DNA from: a virus
Taxonomy: Duplodnaviria; Heunggongvirae; Uroviricota; Caudoviricetes
DNA: 64,000 bases
Reading direction: 5' to 3' (one strand)
IMG/VR virus record: IMGVR_UViG_3300031134_000639
The notes below the pieces were generated by a model. It was given only the letters and a program-made list of their open reading frames with translations, had not been told where the DNA came from and did no database searches. Below, piece by piece: positions 54,715 through 62,700 of the stretch. The translations under genes were made by a program, and so were the position numbers. How positions within the stretch are numbered: the first letter of the stretch is position 1; every line of letters begins with the position of its first letter.

Positions 54715-56745
54715 ATGATTGTAACCCGCGAAGATTACCTCCAGGCTGTTAACCAGGCAACCATTGCCCGTGACGTTTACTACAAGACTGGCGAGGACTC
54801 AGGCCTCACAGACACTGAGTACGACTCCCTTCTTGACGAGATTCAGCTTGTCGGTGACACCAACGGTTGGACTGAAGGTAACGCTCTCATCGGTGAGGTC
54901 GCCGGTGGTATTGAAGTGTCCGGTGACGTTCAGCACACCGTGCGAATGCTCTCCCTCGGGAAGGTCCAGAGCCTCAATGACGTTGACTCCTTCGTAGCAA
55001 CCGTCCCCGGTGGTGTTGTGCTGGAGCCTAAGCTTGATGGTATTGCCCTCAGTGTCAAGTACGTCAACGGCAAGATTGCTCAGGTCGCTACACGAGGTGA
55101 CTCCCGCTCCGGCGAGAACCTGACCGAGAAGGCCCTCATCACCAAGTTCCGTGGACTCCCCCACACTCTTCCCACCAATGAGACCATTGAGGTTCGTGGT
55201 GAGGCTTTCATCAGCGCCAGCGACTTCGTTGCCACCCAGGCTGGCCGTTTCGCCGCCACGGGTGAGAAGTTCTCCAACTCTCGTAATGCTGTCTCTGGAA
55301 TCCTCCGCACCAGCAAAGACACCAGTTACGCCACCATCACTTTCGGAGCATACGAGGTCATCGGCTACGACAATGACAGCTACTCACAGCGCATGAAGCA
55401 CCTCGCAACGCTTGGTTTCGCTCCTGCAATGACTTTCATGCCCGCTGACATTCTGACAGCCAAGATTCCTCTCAGCGAGAAGATTGAGCGTTTCGGTAAC
55501 ATCCGCGAGAAGAACGACGCACCCACTGATGGTGTTGTGGTCAAGGCTGACAGCGAGAAGACCCGTAAGAGCATGGGTGAGGGAAGCCGTCACCCCAAGT
55601 GGGCTGTTGCATTCAAGTTTGAGGCTGAGCAGGCTGCTACCGTACTCAACGGTGTCCAGCGTGAGGTTGGTAAGACCGGAAACGTTTCTTACGTTGCCCA
55701 GCTTACACCTGTTGAAGTTGACGGGTCAGTTGTCTCCAAGGCGACTCTGAACAACGCAACCTTCATCAACAAGCTTGACCTGCACATTGGTGACACTGTC
55801 ATCATCCGCAAGGCCAACGATATCATCCCCGAGATTGTTTCCGTTGACCTTGCCCTGCGACCTGAGAGCGCTGTGAAGTACGATGCTCCCACAACCTGTC
55901 CCAAGTGCGGCAACGACCTTGACACTGCCTCCTCTGTTATCTGGAAGTGCCACAACCCTGACTGTGCTGCCCTCAACAAGGTCGTCTACGCTGTGTCACG
56001 AGACATTCTTGACGTTGACAACCTCTCAACAGCCATCATTGAGCGTCTGTTCGCTGGGAACCTAATTCAGGACACAGGTGACCTTTTCATGCTCACAGAG
56101 AAGCAGCTTGCGGGCCTAGTCATGTCCTACAGCAAAGACAAGACTGGCAAGACCATCATTCCTCTGAAGGCCCAGTACCTTGGTGAAAAGATGGCCGCGA
56201 AAATTTATGGAAACCTCCAGACTTCCAAGAATCAGGATCTTAACCGAATCATCAGTGCCCTCGGTATCCGCATGACAGGCCGCACGTTCGGTCGTCGTCT
56301 TGCGAAGCACTTCGGTTCCATGCAGAAGCTTCAGGCTGCAACCATCAACGATCTACTTGAAGTTGAAGGTATCGCCATTGGCCGTGCAGAGGTAATCCAC
56401 GCTGGCATCCAGAACGCCCGACCGCTCATTACCAAGCTCTACAACGCTGGCTTCACCGCGCTCGACGAGAAGAACTCCCAGGAAACTCTAAAGAAGGCAG
56501 AAGCTTCATCCACCGATAAACTAAAGGGACTGAACGTTGTCGTCACCGGAACTGTTGAAGGTTACAGCCGTAACCAGCTGACAGAGCTAGTGGAGTCAAA
56601 CGGTGGTCACGCTTCATCCTCTGTCAGCAGCAAGACAGACCTTGTTGTTCTAGGTGAGAAAGCAGGGTCCAAGAAAGCCAAAGCTGAGTCCCTGGGAGTG
56701 AAGACCATGCCCGCAGATGCGTTCATCACATGGATTACAAAATAG
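54715..56745 (+). CDS. ligA: NAD-dependent DNA ligase LigA
   Basis: Adenylation motif EPKLDGIALSVKY, OB/Zn-finger/HhH region and C-terminal BRCT; 676 aa. Confidence 0.9.
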   Translation: MIVTREDYLQAVNQATIARDVYYKTGEDSGLTDTEYDSLLDEIQLVGDTNGWTEGNALIGEVAGGIEVSGDVQHTVRMLSLGKVQSLNDVDSFVATVPGGVVLEPKLDGIALSVKYVNGKIAQVATRGDSRSGENLTEKALITKFRGLPHTLPTNETIEVRGEAFISASDFVATQAGRFAATGEKFSNSRNAVSGILRTSKDTSYATITFGAYEVIGYDNDSYSQRMKHLATLGFAPAMTFMPADILTAKIPLSEKIERFGNIREKNDAPTDGVVVKADSEKTRKSMGEGSRHPKWAVAFKFEAEQAATVLNGVQREVGKTGNVSYVAQLTPVEVDGSVVSKATLNNATFINKLDLHIGDTVIIRKANDIIPEIVSVDLALRPESAVKYDAPTTCPKCGNDLDTASSVIWKCHNPDCAALNKVVYAVSRDILDVDNLSTAIIERLFAGNLIQDTGDLFMLTEKQLAGLVMSYSKDKTGKTIIPLKAQYLGEKMAAKIYGNLQTSKNQDLNRIISALGIRMTGRTFGRRLAKHFGSMQKLQAATINDLLEVEGIAIGRAEVIHAGIQNARPLITKLYNAGFTALDEKNSQETLKKAEASSTDKLKGLNVVVTGTVEGYSRNQLTELVESNGGHASSSVSSKTDLVVLGEKAGSKKAKAESLGVKTMPADAFITWITK

Positions 56746-56775
56746 CACCACACAAGCATTAGGAGTACCAACCGC

Positions 56776-57492
56776 ATGTCAGAAATACTAAGCAACAGCA
56801 ACTACTCACCTGATGTTGAGACCAGCTGGAACAGAATCCCAGTTGGTCTCGACGTCACCGGCGAAACACTACTGTGGGATATCCAAAGAAAAGCTGATGC
56901 GCTTATCAGCGGTAGAAACGGGGCAGGGAAGACAACGTTTCTGCTCATGCTGGAGGAACACTTCAGGAAACACCCTAACATGTGGAAATCAGAGTTAGTC
57001 ACAATTGCCCCACAGGATATCCCTGACACCTACACAGGTTCCATCACATCAGATATTGCTCAGATAGCGGAGAAGATAGAAGAAATTCGCAACCTAGTTG
57101 ACGACCGTTTAACCTCCAGTGCAAGCGGTGACGAAGGCCACCTAGCATTGATGGTAGATGAAGCCTACTACCTGTTGACAGCAACAAACTTTGTCAAAGG
57201 AAATAAGACAGTAGACAACATTACAAGGAACCTGGAAACCATCGCAGTACATGGTGATACAGTAGGGGTGCATCTTATCCTGACAACACAGAAACCAGAC
57301 GTTAACGTGTTCACGCACAAGCTACGAGATAACCTCTCGCTACGAATTGGCTTCGCTAAAATGGACAGGAAATCTTCTCTCCTTAGTATCAACAGTGCAT
57401 CTGGAACAACAACACCAGATACACCCGGAGTTGGACTCATCCTACTAAACAACAGCACCACGCTGTTCAAAGCATTCAAGCCCAAAGAATAA
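56776..57492 (+). CDS. FtsK/SpoIIIE-family P-loop ATPase (minimal motor domain), 238 aa
   Basis: Walker A ISGRNGAGKTT, Walker B LMVDEAYYL, FtsK-like GVHLILTTQKPDVNVFT. Confidence 0.6.
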   Translation: MSEILSNSNYSPDVETSWNRIPVGLDVTGETLLWDIQRKADALISGRNGAGKTTFLLMLEEHFRKHPNMWKSELVTIAPQDIPDTYTGSITSDIAQIAEKIEEIRNLVDDRLTSSASGDEGHLALMVDEAYYLLTATNFVKGNKTVDNITRNLETIAVHGDTVGVHLILTTQKPDVNVFTHKLRDNLSLRIGFAKMDRKSSLLSINSASGTTTPDTPGVGLILLNNSTTLFKAFKPKE

Positions 57493-57555
57493 AATAGAAC
57501 ACCAAACATGAACAATTCAACCTAGAACAATAAACCACTACAGAAAGCAGCAAAA

Positions 57556-57912
57556 ATGTCAACGTCAACACGATTTGATGAACTACGGAAACTTGATGGC
57601 GACTGGTCACAGTTCGTAAAGGATGCAGGCAAACTAGACCCAGCAGCTATTGATCTTGCTGAGGACGTATACAACAAAATTGTTGCACTGCGAATGCCTA
57701 ACCCTGGCGTGTTCCCTGACTCCGAAACAAAAGGTGTCCGACTGGAGTGGCTAACTGAGAACTCTCACCTTGTTCTTGCCTTTGACGGTGAAACCCCGGA
57801 GGACTCGTTCTTCTCCTACTACGATGAGGGAACCCAAGACCGCAAGTTCGTTGACCTGGTAGACACCAGAACAACTCTTGACCTTCTCATGGACAAATTC
57901 AAACGGAGTTGA
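57556..57912 (+). CDS. Hypothetical protein 118 aa
   Basis: ORF only. Confidence 0.4.
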   Translation: MSTSTRFDELRKLDGDWSQFVKDAGKLDPAAIDLAEDVYNKIVALRMPNPGVFPDSETKGVRLEWLTENSHLVLAFDGETPEDSFFSYYDEGTQDRKFVDLVDTRTTLDLLMDKFKRS

Positions 57913-57924
57913 CAATAATTTCAA

Positions 57925-57978
57925 ACTAAGATAAGCTTTACAGGTAGCGCAACAGCTGCCCGTAAAGCTTATCTTAGT
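57925..57978. terminator. Perfect 19-bp stem hairpin (aaactaagataagctttac / gtaaagcttatcttagttt) with 16-nt loop
   Basis: Inverted repeat upstream of the family-E triplet. Confidence 0.55.
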
Positions 57979-57990
57979 TTAGGAGACAAA

Positions 57991-58890
57991 ATGGCTGACC
58001 AGACTGACCACCCTGACCTCTATGAGACAGAGCACTACAGCGTACCCTTCATCAAGAAGAACGTCAGGAACATCAGGAACAAGGTCATCAGCAAGGAACC
58101 TTACACAGCTGAGGAGCTTGCCTCGGCGCATGATGGCTTCGTCCAGATCCAAGGCCTGTTTGCTGAGTTCGGTTGGGCCGACCAGGTTAGCTTTGCTCAG
58201 CCTGACACATACTCCCGCGTTGCCAACATCACCTTCAAGCCGTTCACCGAGTTCACAAACTCCCTCGCACCGCTCATCATTGAGTTCGGTCGCGCTGACG
58301 AGAAGAAGCATGACCAGAGTCAGGTATTTTCGTGGATGCGTAATGATATTGAGTACTACCGTACTATGGAAGCTGCGCGAGTCCGCAAATCTCACCTGGC
58401 TTTTGCTACCTTCCACCTTCAGCAGGGTATCATGACGGCTTTGCCCATCAAAGACCTTCCCCTGCTCAACAGTGCAATTGAAGCAGCCATCAAAGAGGAC
58501 TCAGCCCATAAGCTTGCTGGCGGTCGCACTACAGTCGACACTTTCGTGTCCATCATGCATGAGACCCACAGGTTCCTTATTAGGGAGCTTCAGGAGGGTG
58601 GCTTTGAGGTAACACCCCACAACACTCTCGCACTCATGCTGGGCCATATTGCCAACTCCAAGAACCTTCAGACGCGCGCTCAGCAGGGTGACGTAACTAT
58701 CACTCGCGCTGAGTACATGGAATTTATCACCAACGGTGTAAATATCAGCAAAGCGCTTCTCTACGTTTCACCTCTGCTATCCGCTGCTGCTCTTCCTAGT
58801 GCACAGATGGTCAAAGAAGCCGGTGACATGCCCTTCGCTTGGTTCATGAAAATCAACCAGGGATTTGACACCCCCGCAGAAATCAAGTAA
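57991..58890 (+). CDS. Family-E paralog, hypothetical 299 aa
   Basis: ETEHYSVPFIKK...EYMEFITNGVNISKALLYVSPL...MPFAWFMK shared with the next two genes. Confidence 0.5.
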   Translation: MADQTDHPDLYETEHYSVPFIKKNVRNIRNKVISKEPYTAEELASAHDGFVQIQGLFAEFGWADQVSFAQPDTYSRVANITFKPFTEFTNSLAPLIIEFGRADEKKHDQSQVFSWMRNDIEYYRTMEAARVRKSHLAFATFHLQQGIMTALPIKDLPLLNSAIEAAIKEDSAHKLAGGRTTVDTFVSIMHETHRFLIRELQEGGFEVTPHNTLALMLGHIANSKNLQTRAQQGDVTITRAEYMEFITNGVNISKALLYVSPLLSAAALPSAQMVKEAGDMPFAWFMKINQGFDTPAEIK

Positions 58891-58920
58891 GCTTACTTAA
58901 GACAAGAAAGGAACCCCGTA

Positions 58921-59784
58921 ATGTATACAGAAAATGCTATCCAGTACTTCACCACCGAACATTACAGTGTTCCCTACCTCACTAAAGCTGGGCAAGGTAG
59001 AAACGTGAACGATAGAAAAGCCAGCTACTCTGACGCTGAGCTTGAGGCAGCCCACAAAGAGTACGTCAGGCTTCTTGATGCTCTTAAGGAAATTGGGTGG
59101 AGTAACACTGTAAAGCTTGTGCAGCCTGAGCAGAAGCAGCATGCTCGTATCGCAGAGTTCCAGTTCTCTGAGTACAAGCAGTTCCTTACGGAGCTAGCTC
59201 AGGCTGCGCTGACATACGGTTTCCCTGATAAAAGAGCACAGACTGAGAATCGGGCTTACCACTACTACACGAACAGTAACTCACGGTACCAGGTAGAAGT
59301 AGCAAGTAACATTGCCCCATTCAATTTCCACCTTCAGTCAGGTCGTGTAAGCAACATGGCATTCACTATTCCTGCGGTTGGAGCAGCCTGGAGTCCCGCC
59401 GCCAGGACAAAGGCTGACAATCCTAAGCCCGCCAGTGACTGCACTGTAGACGAGTTCATTGAAGGTATCCCCACTTTCAACAAAACCCTCAGCCAGCAGC
59501 TAGAACAGCAGGGGTACGAACCCACGACCTACAACATCCTTGCCCTCTTCCTCGGACTTTTCGCCGCGAAAAGAGACCTAGCAAACGTGGGGCACACTGA
59601 CCTTGTTCCTCAGGAGAAGACTGCACCAAAAGAATACATGGAGTTCATCACCAACGGAATCCCAATCAGCAAAGCCCTCCTCTATGTTTCACCTTTGTTC
59701 CCCAAAAAAAACATGCCCACACTGGAGACCGTCCAGGGTACAGAAGGTATGCCATTTGAATGGTTCATGAAGCTTCACTACTGA
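58921..59784 (+). CDS. Family-E paralog, hypothetical 287 aa
   Basis: TTEHYSVPYLTK...EYMEFITNGIPISKALLYVSPL...MPFEWFMK. Confidence 0.5.
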   Translation: MYTENAIQYFTTEHYSVPYLTKAGQGRNVNDRKASYSDAELEAAHKEYVRLLDALKEIGWSNTVKLVQPEQKQHARIAEFQFSEYKQFLTELAQAALTYGFPDKRAQTENRAYHYYTNSNSRYQVEVASNIAPFNFHLQSGRVSNMAFTIPAVGAAWSPAARTKADNPKPASDCTVDEFIEGIPTFNKTLSQQLEQQGYEPTTYNILALFLGLFAAKRDLANVGHTDLVPQEKTAPKEYMEFITNGIPISKALLYVSPLFPKKNMPTLETVQGTEGMPFEWFMKLHY

Positions 59785-59806
59785 TACTAGACCAAAGGAA
59801 ACTAAA

Positions 59807-60667
59807 ATGGGACACGACTACACCCTAGAAAGCATGCACACAACACCGGCATACACGGTGCCGCATGCTCGCACCCTAAAGCCGGAGGAGCTAACCCAGA
59901 ATCCACTGCCGAAAGAGTTTTTCTACTCCGCTAAGCAGCTGGACACTGTATACAGCCAGTATCTGGAGCTTGTGAAAATGCTGGAAGCATCAGAGTGGGC
60001 AGGCTACGTTAAGCTTGAACAAAAAGGTAGAATGATGAACATTGTGTTCCCCGCCTATCAGAAGCTAGCTGAAGAGTTGAACAAGTCACAGCCGACCCTG
60101 GAAAGTAAAACTGTATTCGGTTACACTGCGAAGAAGAACTACCAAATTTCAAGCAGCATTCTGGGAAGCTTCCACCTGCAAAAAGGTCACCTTGTGAACA
60201 TTGCTCTCCAGGCAAACCCTTTCATTGCAGAGCACATGGATGAGAATGCAACCCGAAAAGGGATCACGACACTAGAGGGCTACAAGAAGTTCATTACCAA
60301 GTCAACACGCACCATCAAGAAGGAACTCCTTCACCGACACATCCCCGTTAATGGATACACAATCACAACACTGCTTCAAGCTAAGCTTGGATACAGCATA
60401 GGAACCATCCAGGGACGGCTTGAAGAAGGCAGAAGCCCGATTGGAAGATTGATTATCGTGAAGAACAGAAAAGACAAGGTCACTGAAAAAGTCTACGATC
60501 ATCTGAAAGCTCAGACGCCAACAGAGAAAGTCCTCAGATACTGTTCAGTCTTGTACTCCCACACTCATGCGGTAGGCCCCGAGTACATAGACATTGTAGA
60601 CGATGTGCCGCTAGATTGGTACCTTAAAATGGCTAAGCCAGAAGGCGATGCCATAGCAATGTACTAA
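59807..60667 (+). CDS. Family-E paralog (divergent), hypothetical 286 aa
   Basis: TPAYTVPHART...VLRYCSVLYS...VPLDWYLK; same length and layout. Confidence 0.45.
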   Translation: MGHDYTLESMHTTPAYTVPHARTLKPEELTQNPLPKEFFYSAKQLDTVYSQYLELVKMLEASEWAGYVKLEQKGRMMNIVFPAYQKLAEELNKSQPTLESKTVFGYTAKKNYQISSSILGSFHLQKGHLVNIALQANPFIAEHMDENATRKGITTLEGYKKFITKSTRTIKKELLHRHIPVNGYTITTLLQAKLGYSIGTIQGRLEEGRSPIGRLIIVKNRKDKVTEKVYDHLKAQTPTEKVLRYCSVLYSHTHAVGPEYIDIVDDVPLDWYLKMAKPEGDAIAMY

Positions 60668-61453
60668 TCAGCCAATAACACGTTGTTTAGCGGCAGCAAG
60701 CTCAGCTTCAGTAAGAATACCGCTTTTAAACAAACGGTCTAACCTTTCAAGCTGACCTGCAATATCATCAGACGCCCCACCAGTATTAGCTGACTGGGGT
60801 TTCTGTGTTTGTGGGACAGAGAAAAGAGGACCCTGAGAGGCAGGTTCCTTAGGAAGAGTCTCGCTAGCAGGTTGAGGCTGAGCCGGGAAGCTACCAGTCT
60901 GAGGAAAACGAGGTGGAACGAACCCTGAACTACCAGGAGCGTTACCGAACTGGTTCTGCTGCTGAGGAGCGAACCCAGAGAACCCCTGAGAAGCCGCAGG
61001 TGGCTGCTGGAAGCCCTGAGATGGCTGTGGACCTCCACCGTTACCACCCCACCCTGTACCACGCTTACCGGCGCGCTCACGGATTAAGCCAACAAGTCTT
61101 TTACCTGTGTTAGCAGGCACCTTAGTGATAGTAGCCTGGCTGCCATCGCTGAACAGCACAATGTCTCCAAACAGAATGCGAGATTGCCATTCAACACTGG
61201 AGATACTATAGAAGGGGAAATCCTGAGTGGTCTTCTTAAACCAACCGTCTTTCAGGAAGAACACGCGCTCATTAGTCAAAACGATGACGCCCCGTCCGTT
61301 GCTGTACTTGCCAGAGCAGATAGCTTCAACTTGCTCCCCACCGTGCAGGTAAGTAACCAGAAGCCTAAGCTCGCGGTTGCTACCAAAAGTAATCATCATG
61401 CGCTTCTTCGCAGCAGCGATATCTTCTCTCAGAGGAGCCATAACAACAATCAT
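60668..61453 (-). CDS. Bacterial PH-like domain + Gly/Pro/Gln-rich linker + C-terminal SHOCT-domain protein, 261 aa
   Basis: N-terminal ...GRGVIVLTNERVFFLKDGWFK... (bPH-like); linker GTGWGGNGGGPQPSQGFQQPP; C-terminal LDRLFKSGILTEAELAAAKQRVIG (SHOCT-like). Confidence 0.45.
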   Translation of the reverse strand: MIVVMAPLREDIAAAKKRMMITFGSNRELRLLVTYLHGGEQVEAICSGKYSNGRGVIVLTNERVFFLKDGWFKKTTQDFPFYSISSVEWQSRILFGDIVLFSDGSQATITKVPANTGKRLVGLIRERAGKRGTGWGGNGGGPQPSQGFQQPPAASQGFSGFAPQQQNQFGNAPGSSGFVPPRFPQTGSFPAQPQPASETLPKEPASQGPLFSVPQTQKPQSANTGGASDDIAGQLERLDRLFKSGILTEAELAAAKQRVIG

Positions 61454-61639
61454 CTTTCAACTAGAAATTATTCTTATACTCTATCGGAGAACACTGAGAA
61501 CATGAAAAACCCAGGTCAGCAAGCAACCTGAGTTCACTCAAGTCTGCCGCCGAAAAAAAGATCAAACTTTTTTGGAAAAAATTTCCACCGAAACCCAGCA
61601 ACAGCGTGTACCCCGAAAACCAAAAACACTACTAAACGC

Positions 61640-61710
61640 CCCAAAAACCGTAAAAAACACACCAAAATGCCTCCAAAATGCAATAAAATAGCAAAAACTG
61701 CTCTATACAC
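61640..61710. repeat. Phased A-tract array (6-7 A4-6 tracts at ~10-11 bp spacing) within a ~320-nt AC-rich non-coding region
   Basis: ccccaaaaaccg-taaaaaac-acaccaaaatg-cctccaaaatg-caataaaata-gcaaaaactg; A-tract centres ~61645, 61655, 61666, 61677, 61687, 61695. Confidence 0.55.
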
Positions 61711-61745
61711 GCAATAAAACGCTATACCCAATAAACTAAAACGCT

Positions 61746-61757
61746 GCCGATAGTAAT
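61746..61757 (+). promoter_or_regulatory. GCCGATAGTAAT motif upstream of nrdHIE
   Basis: Recurring motif; ~125 nt upstream of the nrdH ATG. Confidence 0.4.
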
Positions 61758-61881
61758 GATTCACGGCAACAAAAACATGTTCAACCGACGCAGACCACAA
61801 AAATGGTTATGCGTTTTTTTTGCCCCAAAACCGCCTCAGAGGCCCAAAAATTTAACCAAAACCAAGAAAAGGAACCCAAAA

Positions 61882-62121
61882 ATGACCGTAGAACTATACA
61901 CCAAGTCAAACTGCCGCCAGTGCGTACAGACAGTGAAGAACTTGGACAAAAAAGGTGTAACATACGAGTCCAAGTCCTTAGAGAACCCAGAGAACCTAGA
62001 GTTCGTCAAGTCAATCAACATGATGTCAGCACCAGTCGTAATCGTACGTGATGCTGAAGGCAACATCACCGAGTCATGGGGTGGATTCAACCCAGACATG
62101 CTCAACAAAATCGGCAACTAA
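61882..62121 (+). CDS. nrdH: Glutaredoxin-like protein NrdH, 79 aa
   Basis: MTVELYTKSNCRQCVQTVKNLDKKGVTYE: CxxC redox motif, size, position upstream of nrdI-nrdE. Start chosen at the Met preceded by AAAAGGAA. Confidence 0.7.
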   Translation: MTVELYTKSNCRQCVQTVKNLDKKGVTYESKSLENPENLEFVKSINMMSAPVVIVRDAEGNITESWGGFNPDMLNKIGN

Positions 62122-62217
62122 ACAAAATTTATACAAGGGAAGGAAGGAAACCAAAAAGTTTCCTTCCTTCCCTTAACTATCCCCGGTAAAAAGAAAAACA
62201 ATGCTACACTAACAACG

Positions 62218-62643
62218 ATGAACCACATGCCCCACATAGTCTACTTCTCAAACATAACCAACACAACCCACAGGCTTGTGCAGAAAATTGGTCTGCCAGC
62301 AACACGCATCCCAATCAAAGAAGAACTCAGCACACCCCCAACAGAAGACTACGTGCTCATCATCCCAACCTATGGTGACCACAACAAACAAGGCATGATA
62401 CCAATAGCAGTCAAAAGGTTCCTCAGCAGAAAAGAAAACAGGGAACACTGCACAGCAGTAATAGCAACCGGAAACAGCAACTTCGGAAAACAATACTGCA
62501 AAGCCGGAGACCTCATCAGCGAGAAGCTAGGCGTCCCGCTCCTCTACAAACTAGAGCTAGCAGGAGACACCGACGACATAGCAATCATACAAAACAAAAT
62601 AGCTGACCACTACCAGGAATCAAACACCACCCCAAACAGTTAA
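62218..62643 (+). CDS. nrdI: Flavodoxin-like ribonucleotide reductase stimulatory protein NrdI
   Basis: IVYFSNITNTTHRLVQKIG...IPTYGD flavodoxin-like FMN-binding fold; operon context. Confidence 0.7.
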   Translation: MNHMPHIVYFSNITNTTHRLVQKIGLPATRIPIKEELSTPPTEDYVLIIPTYGDHNKQGMIPIAVKRFLSRKENREHCTAVIATGNSNFGKQYCKAGDLISEKLGVPLLYKLELAGDTDDIAIIQNKIADHYQESNTTPNS

Positions 62644-62700
62644 CACCAAAACGAAGTTAACTCCACAAATTTTAAACCCCACAAGAAGAGAAAGAAAACA

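Noticed and set aside
54799-56310. Several 60-120-aa ORFs on both strands inside ligA
   Set aside because: Alternative-frame artefacts of a GC3-rich gene. ligA motifs are continuous in the annotated frame.
61534-62117. Minus-strand and alternative plus-strand ORFs in the AC-rich region (61534..61800, 61781..61963, 61803..62051, 61836..62117)
   Set aside because: Low-complexity translations of A/C-rich DNA that overlap the well-supported nrdH frame. Compositional artefacts.
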